DNA from: a virus
Lineage: Duplodnaviria > Caudoviricetes
DNA: 58,919 bases
Virus record (IMG/VR): IMGVR_UViG_3300021964_007473
Location: 1 to 58,919 of that record
Reading direction: 5' to 3' (one strand)
Below the pieces are notes generated by a model that was given only the letters and a program-made list of their open reading frames with translations, had not been told where the DNA came from and searched no databases. The position numbers and the translations under genes are program-made. Below, piece after piece: positions 17,973-28,073 of this stretch; the first letter of the stretch is position 1; every line of letters begins with the position of its first letter.

Positions 17973-18311
17973 ATGAGTGACGCATCATCGGCTGAGCAAC
18001 TGATGACCGTCCTTGTCACCAAGATGGAGAGCATGGACAACGACCTTGCACTCCTGAAGGCTGAGAATGAGCGACTCAAGAGCCTGATTTCATCCCCCGC
18101 CGGTCTGTTTCGTAAGGCCGGTTTCGTCCCGGTGTCCACGCCGTTCACCGACGACCTGATGCCTGACCCCCTCCGTATGGACATTGAGGGCAACTCCATC
18201 CTCAAGGGTGGTCCGGTTTCGTCCATTCCGCAGACGAACGAAGAGTTTCACAACATGTCGTGGGAAGACATTCACGAAATGGCACAACAAGCAAAGGGGG
18301 CACCTGAATGA
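17973..18311 (+). CDS. Small scaffold-like protein (C-terminal NMSWEDIH)
   Basis: Coiled coil. The C-terminus matches the protease/scaffold end (NMSWDEVH). Confidence 0.7.
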   Translation: MSDASSAEQLMTVLVTKMESMDNDLALLKAENERLKSLISSPAGLFRKAGFVPVSTPFTDDLMPDPLRMDIEGNSILKGGPVSSIPQTNEEFHNMSWEDIHEMAQQAKGAPE

Positions 18312-18886
18312 AGCCACGACCCGTTGAATCCGAAGTACTGACGAAGGCCCGTGACATGGCTGCTCGCCTTGATGCCTTGGAGAAGGCCAAGTGTGATTGC
18401 GGCAAGGAACCCTGCGAGTGCAAGTCTTGCCCCAAGTGTGGTGGCAAGATGGCAAAGATGGGATGCATGAAGGCCGGTTGCGGCTCTATGCAGAAGGCCG
18501 ACGAACAGGTGAAGGAGAAGATTACCGAGGTGAACCCTCACTTTCTGACCGAGACGGGCGGACAGACGCGCACCGCGTACTACTCCACCCGTGACCGTCC
18601 CATTGAGACGGAAGACCACAAGCCCAAGCGTGCTAAGGACGGCAGCAAAGTCAGCCTTGAATCCCTTGGAAGCCGGATGAACCCGCATGAGGGAACCGGT
18701 GTTGACCGTGAGGATGCACAGGGCGGCTCCCCTGTCAAGAAGTCCCCCGCGAGTGAGATGCGCGAGGCTGCTGAACAGGGTGCGCCCATGGTCTGCGGTC
18801 TGTGCGGCGGTACTGAAGACACCGGTTGTCTCGCCCATGGTGGTATTGACCTCATGGCCTGTCCGAAGTTCAAGCCGCTCCGTTGA
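18308..18886 (+). CDS. Cys-rich head-associated protein
   Basis: ARLDALEKA, then CDCGKEPCECKSCPKC..., with a C-terminal CGLC...C...C. Confidence 0.7.
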   Translation: MKPRPVESEVLTKARDMAARLDALEKAKCDCGKEPCECKSCPKCGGKMAKMGCMKAGCGSMQKADEQVKEKITEVNPHFLTETGGQTRTAYYSTRDRPIETEDHKPKRAKDGSKVSLESLGSRMNPHEGTGVDREDAQGGSPVKKSPASEMREAAEQGAPMVCGLCGGTEDTGCLAHGGIDLMACPKFKPLR

Positions 18887-18897
18887 GGGGTGGTCTT

Positions 18898-21800
18898 GTG
18901 TCCTACGAGCAGTTCGACCATGCGACGGTCAACCTGCTTAAGTCGCTGAGCGACGGGCTTGATTTGGAAGAAGCCGCTGCTGAGTACATCATTGCATGGG
19001 ACTCGTTGCAGAAAGCCCCATCCGGTGATGCATCTTACGTGCTGCTTAAGCGCGAGGCTGAAAACATCATTGAAGGGAAGAAGCGGGCAAGTGCTGATGC
19101 ATACCTGCTTGGGTTTGACCCGGTGGGTGAGCCAAGCCTGCACCCGTGGTACGAAGGGCTACAATCGGTAAGCGACCACAAACACGGACACGCCTTTTGG
19201 CCGACGTACAACGCACCTGTTGGTGCGCCCTACCAAAACGAAAACTTCCCCTTCCATCCTATGCATCATCCGCTGCTGCGTCAGCATGCGGTAAGCGGTA
19301 AGCCTGCATTCGTCGAGGGTCTGCGAAAGTTCGTTCTTGGAAAAGGTGGACACGCACAAGAAGAGAAAGAGATGGAGCAGGCTTGGCTTGCTGAGTTGGC
19401 GGGAGAAAAACACCCTGTCACCCACGGCTACAAGCCTGACCCAAAGGACCCCACCCGTACGATTCCAATTGTCGGGAACCTGAACGAAGGCATGTCGGAT
19501 GATGCGAAACATCAGGTTGACCTGTATGAACGGGACTTCAGGCGTTGGATGAAAGCCAATCCTGAGCGTGAGGACTATTGGCGCACGCATCAGGCTGAGA
19601 TGGTCAAACGTGGGTACCAAACAATTGACGATGCTTTGCGCAACGAGCATTTCGATTCACGCTCAAACGAATGGATGAGCGAAGACTACGCCGAAGACCC
19701 ATATGCAGGTGTGTCTGTACCTGAAGGGCTTGGGCACATGGGCTACATGCTTGGTCTTGAGTGGTTCAGCCCTCAAGAGCGACAGGTGGTGATGGACGCC
19801 ATCAACGAAGGTACGGTTGGTACTGAACATAGCAAGAACATCACGCTGCCTGACGGGACCAAGGTTCCCACGGCTCGATTCATTCACAACATGTTGTACC
19901 GCATGACTCCTGAAATGGATTGGGCAACCCGTAAGCCCAAGCACTTTGGTCGCAACGCTGCTATGCGCCTTGAGAACAACGACACCGACTACGCTCAAGG
20001 TGAAGAAGGTCGCTTCCTTCAGTCTGCTTTGGGCAAACTCAGCCACTACTCTCGTCTAACAGACTTGGGTGGAGACACCCTCTTCGGTGCAATTCGTGAC
20101 AAGATTCACGACCTTCATGGTATTGACCCTGAAGACGATGAAACGGCTGAGGTTTTGGAAAACCTACCTCGGTTTGAAATCGGTAAGAATCAACATCTGC
20201 TCAACGGCAAGATGGATTGGAACGATGTGGTCGAAGGTTCATGGGGGCACTTTAAGGGCAAGAAGCGCGAACCTGAGAAAGTACGCATGACCATGGACGA
20301 CCTGTGGTTTTTGTCAGGCTACGACCCAAACACAAAGCAGGTGATGCCTGACCACCCCATTTACGGTTCTCAAAACGTGGATGAACCGTTCATCAACCGT
20401 GATACGTTGGAGGCCATGGAAAAGGAAGCAGGTAAGCACAAGGGGCTTGAGCAGCAAGCAAAGTCCATTCGTAATCATCTTGGTTTCCTCAAGAACTCAT
20501 TTGGTCCCTCACCTGACGACAAGAACATACCCTCGTATTGGAAGTTTCATCCAAGTGGTTATTCCTACGGTCCGGGTCGCTTTTGGTCCCAATCCTTTGA
20601 CAATGTTGGTGGGCAGGGTATGTCCCTACCTACCTACCTCGACGTGGTGCATTCACCGCACGCTGACGAACAAGGCAATTCGTTCATGCTGATGGGTGAA
20701 AGTCAATCTCAGCAGAACATGCCAAACATGGCAAACCATCGCCTCATCAATCACTTCCTTCCTGAAGTAACACAGGCCCGTGGTGAGTACGAGGTGATGG
20801 GTGACGAAGGGAAGGTGACCGGTCGCTTTGTCCGCCATACCCCTGCGTTGTTGATGCAGAACGTCCTCTCACCTACCAACGTCACCCGTGTGTTGGGTGG
20901 ACGAGAAGGCTCGACGTTCAAGAACAATCACACCGATTTCAAACACTCCTTCTCACCGTTGTACGAACGTACCCTTCGTGACTTCAATGACCGTGGTGCC
21001 AACATTTCATCGGTTTTGCCCGCAGGTCTGAAGACGATGGATTCTCGGTTGAGTCACAATCAATTCCTTCGCCTTAACCCTGAATCAATGTACGGTGCTA
21101 CTCCCGGTGAGTTCACAATGGCAAAGGATGCACACCGACAAGCATTCGGTCTTGGACACATTTTCCATCCGAGCCAACCTTCAACCAAGAGTGTGCTTAG
21201 CCATCGTGACTTAGTAAATGGGGCACCGTTCACGGCAGGTGAATCCCCTGAAGACTTTGAGAGCATCATGGGATGGGGTGGCATCAAGTCGCCAACCCTT
21301 CAACGTCTCAAGCAGCGTATCATTGAGTTTCCATCGGATGCTGAAGCGGTGCAGACCGTTTCCATGGTGGCACGCATGCTCAACACGGACAAACCGCGTG
21401 ACGTGTGGAACTACTTGTCTGAGGGCGATTACAAAGAACTTGAGAACTACTACAACGAAGCACGTGGTGGCGGCTTCTCTTCTGAGCAAATCAACAAGTT
21501 GGTTGAAGATGCCAAGGCGGTTATCCCCGCTTGGTCCGAGGTCGCTCGCCAAAGCCTGTCTTCACAGAAAGGTGCGGTCAAGGATTCACCTGTTCGTGGT
21601 GTTGAACACATGCTCGGTATGGGCGGTGCAATGCCTGCTCTTCAAGAAGAGCAGCGTTTGCAGGATGAAGTCGAATACTTGCAGAACCGGCTGATTGAGC
21701 CAACTGAAGAAGACGACGTTGACCTGCTGCGTCAGCAGTATGAGGATGCGAAGCAGCAACTCATTCAGTTGCAGATTGGCGCACAGTCGAAAGCACTTGG

Positions 21801-24642
21801 TACCACAAAGAAGACAGGTTGGTGGAAGAAAGAACAGGAAGAGCATGAGGACCTGATGAACGCTTCTCGTTCAGCGGTGTCTGAAGTTGCCGGTCGTCTC
21901 AAGGAGATTTGGGAGAAAGAAGACCCATCTGCCTTTGACCCTGCCAATCCCGATAAGGCACTCGCCAACACGCTGCGTCTGTTCCATGACGCTGAGCGTT
22001 TCATCATGAGTGTACCACACGAAGTTCACGGCGTCACCGGCCTTGGATATGGTATTCGTGAAGAAGAGCCACAGGTGCGTCAAGCACAAGACAACTCGAT
22101 GTACGCCAATATCGCTCAACACATGGGCGAAAACGGCTACACCCTCTATGGGGCGGAGTCACCCGAAGAAGTGTTGGATGCACTTGGCATCGAAAACACA
22201 CCTGCTGCGAAAGAACATGCACGCTCTATCATTGATGATGTGCGAGAAAGCGGTCAGCCTCGGCAACTCAGCACAATTGGTAACCTGCTGACAGGTGGTG
22301 CTATTGCTGACATGACGGTTGGAAACCGTTCTCACAACGTGTCTCACTTGCATGAGCCGGAGGAAGGTTTCCTTGAGCAGAACATCGCTGACTTGGAAGG
22401 GCAAGACGAAACTCGACATGCGGTTCACACCCATGGATATTCTGAGGGTGTCAAGAATCTGCAACAAGACAAGTACCAAGGTAAGTTGGGTGAGTGGCGA
22501 GGTCACGACATTCACACGGCACCGAGAACACTTGCACAGATGATGAACCCGCAAATGTTTGATGCTTCACTCAGGCAACAAGGACTGAAGTTGCATCATG
22601 GGGACATTCACGGTGCAAAAGGTCAGAACAAGAAGACCTTCGGTTGGACCAATGCAACCACACGCAACTACGCAGACGCCATCGTTTCCTATGACCCAAT
22701 GAGCGGCGGTGTCGCACCTGAGCAGGAAGTCACAGAAGCCCGATTCAACCGTGGGTACTACGGTGGTATGCCGCTTGGTGCGGTCAATCCCAACCACAAC
22801 ACCCTGTATGCACAGTACAACACAGGCAATGCGGTTCACTTCCGTGGAGACAGTCACATGCCGACAGGTGGCTTTGAGTTCACCGATGATGGTCGGGTTG
22901 TGTACGGTGAAAATGTAGGACCGAGCATGTTCTTGCAGGTTCCTCAGCCTGAAATTGAGAAGGTGTTTGGTAAGGACTACTTCAAGCAAGTGTGGGACAA
23001 CGCTACCCCACCTACGGACCTGTCCTCCCCTCAGACTCGGTTGGAACAGAACATGGAGCCAACCAACGTCAATCCATCAACGATTGCTACATCGGAAACG
23101 ACCGACCTCATCAACCGTCTGATGAACCCGGACACATTCTTCACCAAGGAAGATGAATCCGAATGGGTCGCACCAATCCGGCCCATGCACCGCATCTTTG
23201 AGTTGACTGACCTGCAACACCTTCGCGGCTTCAGCAATTCTTGGGCCGTGTCCAAGTGGTACGATGGAAAGCGTGTCATCATCGTCAAGAACGGTGACGA
23301 GATTACGGTGCTTGATGAAAACAACCGCAAGGTCAGCGTGAAGAAGAAGTTCCGTGAGGCCTTGGAACAGTTGAACGACCGCAACTACACCCTCGATGGT
23401 ATCTTGGGTGACGAAGAACTCAACATCGTTGACATTGTGAACTACGACAACAACAACGTGTCCGACATGCAGATGCATGAGCGACTGAAGGTGTTGCGCA
23501 GCCAATTCGATAGCCGCGAATGTGTCATCATTCCCGGTCCACACGACACCAAGATGACCGACGAGGAAGGTCTTGAGGAAGCAGTCAAGGGACTGCAAGG
23601 TGAGCATGAGAACATCTTGCTGCGTGATAGCAAGTCCACCTATATGCGTGGCGAGCGTCGTCACCCCAAGTGGGTACTGCTGCGTCCAAGCCGTGACTAC
23701 AACTTCATCATCCTTGACCGTAGGGGCACCGGTCCCTACACCTACCAACTTGGTGCAGGTCCAATCCTTGACGGGTCGGTACTTGGAAACCGTGCGGTGG
23801 AGTACAAGGGTAGCGACTACATGGACGTAGGTACGGCTCGCAACCAACAGAAGGCATTCAAGGTCGGTGACATTGTTCGTGTCTCCATCTCAGGTGTGAC
23901 CAAGAAGGTGCGTGGTGGGCGCAACGTGTACGACATTCACGTGCGACAGATTGAGGGTGACGGTGAGGGTGAAGGTGCAGCGAGCGCAGAATCCCTTGAC
24001 TTGCTCACCAAGTCGTTTGCTCCTACCTACGTACCGTTTGAGATTGAGCAGACCGATACGGGCATCACCCTCTCGTTCAAAGACATGGATGATGTGACCT
24101 ACAAGGTTGAGAAGTTCAACGATGCATGGTACGTTCACTCACCTAAGTCCACCCTTGGTGACCTGTACAAGAGCGATTACCCTGTGCAACTTGCTGAGTC
24201 CCTTGCTCCCTATTGGTCGCCGTTTGTGCCGCTGATGATGGAGAACGTCTTGGTCAAGATGGAGGGGAAGGTTCCCAATCTTGAACAACAGGAAGAAGAA
24301 TCGGCGGGTCTGTTGGAAGAGGACGACGAAGAGCGGCTGCTCAAGCCACGTACAAAGAAGGCATTGGACCTGATTTCTCGCACCCTCGATGTGTTGGCAA
24401 AGGAGCGCATGACGTGGACAGGACCGAAGGGATTGGGTATTGACCTCGCTACACCTATTGAGTCCCCACACGGACCAACTAAGGTCACGGACGAGGAAAA
24501 CCTCCCTGATTACGACCCGAAGGGGGTCGGTCGGCGGGCCGTGGACAAGAAGCGCACAGAACACGTCGTTATTCCTGTGGATGGCGAGCAGTCTGTCGTT
24601 TTGGACTACGAAAACGACCAAGCGAAGGTGTCACCCGCGTAG
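18898..24642 (+). CDS. Large (~1900 aa) protein with C-terminal degenerate ATP-dependent DNA ligase fold
   Basis: SKWYDGKR, YTLDG, IVDIV, ERLKVL, ENILLRDSKSTY..GERRHPKW and an OB-like region at ~23150-23960. The GTG start at 18898 follows GAGGGGTGG. Confidence 0.8.
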   Translation: MSYEQFDHATVNLLKSLSDGLDLEEAAAEYIIAWDSLQKAPSGDASYVLLKREAENIIEGKKRASADAYLLGFDPVGEPSLHPWYEGLQSVSDHKHGHAFWPTYNAPVGAPYQNENFPFHPMHHPLLRQHAVSGKPAFVEGLRKFVLGKGGHAQEEKEMEQAWLAELAGEKHPVTHGYKPDPKDPTRTIPIVGNLNEGMSDDAKHQVDLYERDFRRWMKANPEREDYWRTHQAEMVKRGYQTIDDALRNEHFDSRSNEWMSEDYAEDPYAGVSVPEGLGHMGYMLGLEWFSPQERQVVMDAINEGTVGTEHSKNITLPDGTKVPTARFIHNMLYRMTPEMDWATRKPKHFGRNAAMRLENNDTDYAQGEEGRFLQSALGKLSHYSRLTDLGGDTLFGAIRDKIHDLHGIDPEDDETAEVLENLPRFEIGKNQHLLNGKMDWNDVVEGSWGHFKGKKREPEKVRMTMDDLWFLSGYDPNTKQVMPDHPIYGSQNVDEPFINRDTLEAMEKEAGKHKGLEQQAKSIRNHLGFLKNSFGPSPDDKNIPSYWKFHPSGYSYGPGRFWSQSFDNVGGQGMSLPTYLDVVHSPHADEQGNSFMLMGESQSQQNMPNMANHRLINHFLPEVTQARGEYEVMGDEGKVTGRFVRHTPALLMQNVLSPTNVTRVLGGREGSTFKNNHTDFKHSFSPLYERTLRDFNDRGANISSVLPAGLKTMDSRLSHNQFLRLNPESMYGATPGEFTMAKDAHRQAFGLGHIFHPSQPSTKSVLSHRDLVNGAPFTAGESPEDFESIMGWGGIKSPTLQRLKQRIIEFPSDAEAVQTVSMVARMLNTDKPRDVWNYLSEGDYKELENYYNEARGGGFSSEQINKLVEDAKAVIPAWSEVARQSLSSQKGAVKDSPVRGVEHMLGMGGAMPALQEEQRLQDEVEYLQNRLIEPTEEDDVDLLRQQYEDAKQQLIQLQIGAQSKALGTTKKTGWWKKEQEEHEDLMNASRSAVSEVAGRLKEIWEKEDPSAFDPANPDKALANTLRLFHDAERFIMSVPHEVHGVTGLGYGIREEEPQVRQAQDNSMYANIAQHMGENGYTLYGAESPEEVLDALGIENTPAAKEHARSIIDDVRESGQPRQLSTIGNLLTGGAIADMTVGNRSHNVSHLHEPEEGFLEQNIADLEGQDETRHAVHTHGYSEGVKNLQQDKYQGKLGEWRGHDIHTAPRTLAQMMNPQMFDASLRQQGLKLHHGDIHGAKGQNKKTFGWTNATTRNYADAIVSYDPMSGGVAPEQEVTEARFNRGYYGGMPLGAVNPNHNTLYAQYNTGNAVHFRGDSHMPTGGFEFTDDGRVVYGENVGPSMFLQVPQPEIEKVFGKDYFKQVWDNATPPTDLSSPQTRLEQNMEPTNVNPSTIATSETTDLINRLMNPDTFFTKEDESEWVAPIRPMHRIFELTDLQHLRGFSNSWAVSKWYDGKRVIIVKNGDEITVLDENNRKVSVKKKFREALEQLNDRNYTLDGILGDEELNIVDIVNYDNNNVSDMQMHERLKVLRSQFDSRECVIIPGPHDTKMTDEEGLEEAVKGLQGEHENILLRDSKSTYMRGERRHPKWVLLRPSRDYNFIILDRRGTGPYTYQLGAGPILDGSVLGNRAVEYKGSDYMDVGTARNQQKAFKVGDIVRVSISGVTKKVRGGRNVYDIHVRQIEGDGEGEGAASAESLDLLTKSFAPTYVPFEIEQTDTGITLSFKDMDDVTYKVEKFNDAWYVHSPKSTLGDLYKSDYPVQLAESLAPYWSPFVPLMMENVLVKMEGKVPNLEQQEEESAGLLEEDDEERLLKPRTKKALDLISRTLDVLAKERMTWTGPKGLGIDLATPIESPHGPTKVTDEENLPDYDPKGVGRRAVDKKRTEHVVIPVDGEQSVVLDYENDQAKVSPA

Positions 24643-24660
24643 TAGGGCTTTATGTACCAT
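24643..24660 (+). promoter_or_regulatory. Putative TATA-box promoter for protease/capsid operon
   Basis: CTTTATGTA ~25-30 nt upstream of ATG 24680, in a short intergenic gap. Confidence 0.45.
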
Positions 24661-24679
24661 AACGTAGGATGGGGAGGCA

Positions 24680-26053
24680 ATGCTTACGATTCAGCGACCT
24701 GAAGTCGGACTCTCGCTCCTGAAGGGCGGGTCCGACCTTGTGGTTGCCGGATATGCGTCCGTCGAGTTGGTGGACAAGCAGGGCGACCTCATTACGCGGG
24801 GTGCCCTCAAGGATGCCTTTGACGGCTTCATGAAGAGCGACAAGTACCGCAACGTGCAACTCGCTCACTCCAACATTCAAGTCGGTGAAGTCATTGACTC
24901 CTACGTGGACTCCAACGGTCGCATGTGGAAGTCCGAGTGTGACGACACCGGCATGTTCGTCGTTGTGCAACTCCGCAACGACATTGAGAAGGCCCGTGAG
25001 GTTGCTGCGGAAATCCGCAAGGGCAACCTGCGCGGCTTCTCCATTGGGGGTCAGGCGTTCAAGCGTGTTCGCAAGTCTGACTCTATCCACGGAGATTACC
25101 AAGAAATCTCCAAAATGGAACTCCACGAGATTACGATTTGCGAGAAGGGGATTAACCCTGAAGCGCAGTTCAGCATCTTGAAGGAGGACACCACTATGAG
25201 TGCAGACAACGATTTGACCGACATTATGAGCCGACTTGAAGCCCGCCTCGATGCGATGGAAAAGGGCGAACTTCCTCTTGCTCTCCGTGAGAGCATGAAG
25301 GAAGAAAAGAAGGAGTCCTCGGACTCCGAAGAAAAAGAGTCCCAAAAAGACAAGAAGGAGGACGAAGACATGCCTGAAGATATGGAAAAGGGAGAATATA
25401 GCGACGTTATCACCGCTGAATACCTCTCGTGGATGGAAGACACGCTGAAGAGCGCGGGTGTTGACACCCACGCGGCCCGACTGCACTTCGACCAAATGTC
25501 GAAGGCTCAGATGGGCGGTTTCGACAACCCCGACTCCGTGGACGGTGCCGAGTACTTCGCCGGTCAGGTTCGCGGTCGCGGTCAGGAGAAGGGTAGCCCC
25601 TCGACGGGTGCCATCTCCGCCCTCACCTCCGGTGCAGGCAAGGAGCCTGCCGGTGCCCTCGGACCTGTCCAACTCGGCAAGTCCTACGTCACCGACGCCT
25701 CCGACGCTGACATCGAGGCTGCGTACGAAGTGTACAAGGCCGCTGCGCTTGAGCAGGCCTTCCGTGGCAACCTTGAGCAGCAGTTCTCTTCCCGCTTCTC
25801 TCAGGAGATGCAGGTCGCCAAGGCTGAAGCCGAGCGCAACCAATTCGATGCTCGCGCTCCGCTCGCTGAGGTACTCAAGTCCATTGAATCCCTGAGTGAC
25901 CGCCTCGACAACCTGTCCACCGGCAGCGTTGAGGTTGGCACCACCATTGCAAAGTCCTCCACGAGCGTTGAGGTCCCCACCACGGGCGACCTTGCGAACA
26001 TGTCGTGGGACGAAGTTCACACCCTCGCGGGCCGAGCGGTCCGGGGTGAGTGA
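24680..26053 (+). CDS. HK97-type prohead protease fused to C-terminal scaffold
   Basis: VAGYASVELVDKQGD, catalytic His (QLAH), GFSIGG (Ser) and EITICEKGINPEA. Acidic/coiled-coil C-terminus, directly upstream of the MCP. Confidence 0.93.
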   Translation: MLTIQRPEVGLSLLKGGSDLVVAGYASVELVDKQGDLITRGALKDAFDGFMKSDKYRNVQLAHSNIQVGEVIDSYVDSNGRMWKSECDDTGMFVVVQLRNDIEKAREVAAEIRKGNLRGFSIGGQAFKRVRKSDSIHGDYQEISKMELHEITICEKGINPEAQFSILKEDTTMSADNDLTDIMSRLEARLDAMEKGELPLALRESMKEEKKESSDSEEKESQKDKKEDEDMPEDMEKGEYSDVITAEYLSWMEDTLKSAGVDTHAARLHFDQMSKAQMGGFDNPDSVDGAEYFAGQVRGRGQEKGSPSTGAISALTSGAGKEPAGALGPVQLGKSYVTDASDADIEAAYEVYKAAALEQAFRGNLEQQFSSRFSQEMQVAKAEAERNQFDARAPLAEVLKSIESLSDRLDNLSTGSVEVGTTIAKSSTSVEVPTTGDLANMSWDEVHTLAGRAVRGE

Positions 26054-26080
26054 GGAAATCAAACAAAAGGAGTGAATGAA

Positions 26081-27208
26081 ATGGCACGAGACTACATTAG
26101 GACAATTACCGACATGGAGCGGTACTTCTATGGCGCGGGTAACGCCATGGGGTACTCCTACTCCGGCAGCGAACTCTTGAAGGCTGACGCACCAATGCTC
26201 TCCACCACGGCGGGCATCTATCAGGCCATCTATGGCCGCAAGGTGTGGAGCCAACTCAACCAAGAGTTCAACGCCTTCTCCATCCTCCCCAAGCGACCTT
26301 GGGAGCGCAGCGGGTGGCGCGTCATCACGGAGCGTCCCTCCTTCGCCGTCGGAGGTGGCCTCGCGGAGAACTCGACCCTCCCCGACACCACCAAGCCGAC
26401 CTTCCAACACATCGCTGCGAAGCCCAAGACCATCGCGCACACCTTCGACATGTCGGAGACGGCGATGTTCCTTGCTGACAAGGACGACGGCCTCGGTGAC
26501 ATCCGAGCCGTGCTGAAGGAAGAGATGGGTAAGCACCACGCAGAACACATCAACAAGATGCTCACCGAGGACGTGACGACCGTTGCCGGGAACGACTTTG
26601 AGTCGCTCGACCGTGTGACCGTCGGCAACAACTCGATGGTTGCGGCTACCCACTACGACGCGGGTGACGAAGACATGTACTCGATTGACCGCAGCGCGAA
26701 CTCGTGGTCCTTCGCTGAGGACTCCGCGTCCGCGACCGCGACCGACCGTGTTCTGTCCCTCGACCACCTCGATGAAATCTTCCGCCTGACGTGGGAGCGC
26801 GGTGGCAACCCCAAGGTCATCCTGACGGGCTACGACACCCTCATGCGCTTGCAGCAACTCTTGCAGTCGCAGCAGCGGTTCCTTGAGGAAAAGCGTGTCA
26901 CCCCCACCTACAACGGTGTGAAGGGTGTGCCCGGTATCGAAGCCGGTTTCATCGTGGCGACCTACAACGGTATTCCCATCATCCCCTCCAAGGACGTTGC
27001 GAAGGACACCCTGTCCCGCATGTACTTCCTCGACACGGACTACCTGTACTTCTCCACCGCCATCCCGACTCAGTACTTTGAGTCCGGCATCGAGACGGGC
27101 GACCCCTTCGCCATCAACAGGCTCGGTCAGGAAGGCATGTACCGCACCATGGGTGAGTTGTGGACCACTTTCTTCGGTGGTCACGCTTCCATCCGTGACC
27201 TGAAGTGA
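26081..27208 (+). CDS. Major capsid protein (HK97 fold)
   Basis: Follows the protease, has the strongest C-ending codon bias in the window and a GGAGTGA SD. HK97-like segments: GGLAENSTLP, PKTIAHTFDMSE, YNGIPIIPS, MYFLDTD. Confidence 0.92.
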   Translation: MARDYIRTITDMERYFYGAGNAMGYSYSGSELLKADAPMLSTTAGIYQAIYGRKVWSQLNQEFNAFSILPKRPWERSGWRVITERPSFAVGGGLAENSTLPDTTKPTFQHIAAKPKTIAHTFDMSETAMFLADKDDGLGDIRAVLKEEMGKHHAEHINKMLTEDVTTVAGNDFESLDRVTVGNNSMVAATHYDAGDEDMYSIDRSANSWSFAEDSASATATDRVLSLDHLDEIFRLTWERGGNPKVILTGYDTLMRLQQLLQSQQRFLEEKRVTPTYNGVKGVPGIEAGFIVATYNGIPIIPSKDVAKDTLSRMYFLDTDYLYFSTAIPTQYFESGIETGDPFAINRLGQEGMYRTMGELWTTFFGGHASIRDLK

Positions 27209-27248
27209 GGTCCTTTGGAGACAAACTGAAAACAAGGAGTGATTTGAA

Positions 27249-27716
27249 ATGGCAAAGACAACTGAAAGTGAAAAGGGCTTGACCATCTCGTACGAAACCG
27301 GTGAGTTCTCGTCCGTTGAGATTCTCGTTGACCTCGACATGCGTACGGGTACGCCTGTTGAAGAGACGGGTTGGCTTGACGGCAACTCCGGCGGTTCCTA
27401 CCCCGGTGGTGGCCTCGCCACCTTTACCGCGAGCAACGCGGACGGTAGTGCGGTTGGTAGCCTTCGATTGGTGACCATTCAGTTCACCTTGGCGACGACG
27501 GACGCGGAAGTGTTCGTCTTTACTGCCGGGTGTTCCAAGATTCTCGGCGTTGTTGGTAGTTCGTTTGAGGTGGCTGACAAGACCCTCTCCATCGCCTTTA
27601 CCAACACGGGCGACGACGCTGCGCCTCCGGCCAAGACCGGTGGCTCGCTTGGTGCAATCGAGGCTCATGCTGAAGGTGCGGGAACGGGGACCATTACTGT
27701 CCTCTTGCTCAACTGA
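27249..27716 (+). CDS. Putative capsid decoration/structural protein
   Basis: Thr/Gly/Ser-rich beta-type protein directly after the MCP, with a GGAGTGA SD. Confidence 0.6.
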   Translation: MAKTTESEKGLTISYETGEFSSVEILVDLDMRTGTPVEETGWLDGNSGGSYPGGGLATFTASNADGSAVGSLRLVTIQFTLATTDAEVFVFTAGCSKILGVVGSSFEVADKTLSIAFTNTGDDAAPPAKTGGSLGAIEAHAEGAGTGTITVLLLN

Positions 27717-27725
27717 GGTGGTTGA

Positions 27726-28067
27726 GTGCCCGTCGTGACCTACGTGGGTCGTTCGTTTGAGCGGCGAAGGCCTGATGGCCCGAGCGTTTTCAGGCGGCGT
27801 CAGCCCATTGAGGTCAGTCAGGAGTGGCTCGACACGTGGCGTACTCGACTCCCTGAGGGTCAGTTTGTCATCGAGGGTGACGCAGGCATCACGGTGGATG
27901 AAGGAGGCGATGGCCTACCTGACGCCGGATGGACCCGCAAGGACATTCTCGCTTGGCTTGACGAACAGGGCGTGGAGTATTCCGGCTACGTGACCAAGGC
28001 GGCAGGACTTGCCTTGGTTGAGGAACACCTAAATCCGACGGCACCAACCGAAGAAACACAGGAGTGA
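27726..28067 (+). CDS. Small protein with C-terminal HeH/Rho-N-like helical motif
   Basis: DAGWTRKDILAWLDEQGVEYSGYVTKAAGLALV. GAGGTGG SD. Confidence 0.65.
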   Translation: MPVVTYVGRSFERRRPDGPSVFRRRQPIEVSQEWLDTWRTRLPEGQFVIEGDAGITVDEGGDGLPDAGWTRKDILAWLDEQGVEYSGYVTKAAGLALVEEHLNPTAPTEETQE

Positions 28068-28073
28068 TGAAAT

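Noticed and set aside
18898-24642. Annotation as a functional DNA ligase (lig)
   Set aside because: Catalytic Lys/Glu positions in motifs I, III, IV and V appear substituted, so no gene symbol was assigned.
24650-27385. 911-aa minus-strand ORF
   Set aside because: Antisense shadow of the protease and MCP genes caused by their strong codon bias. It has no recognisable motifs.
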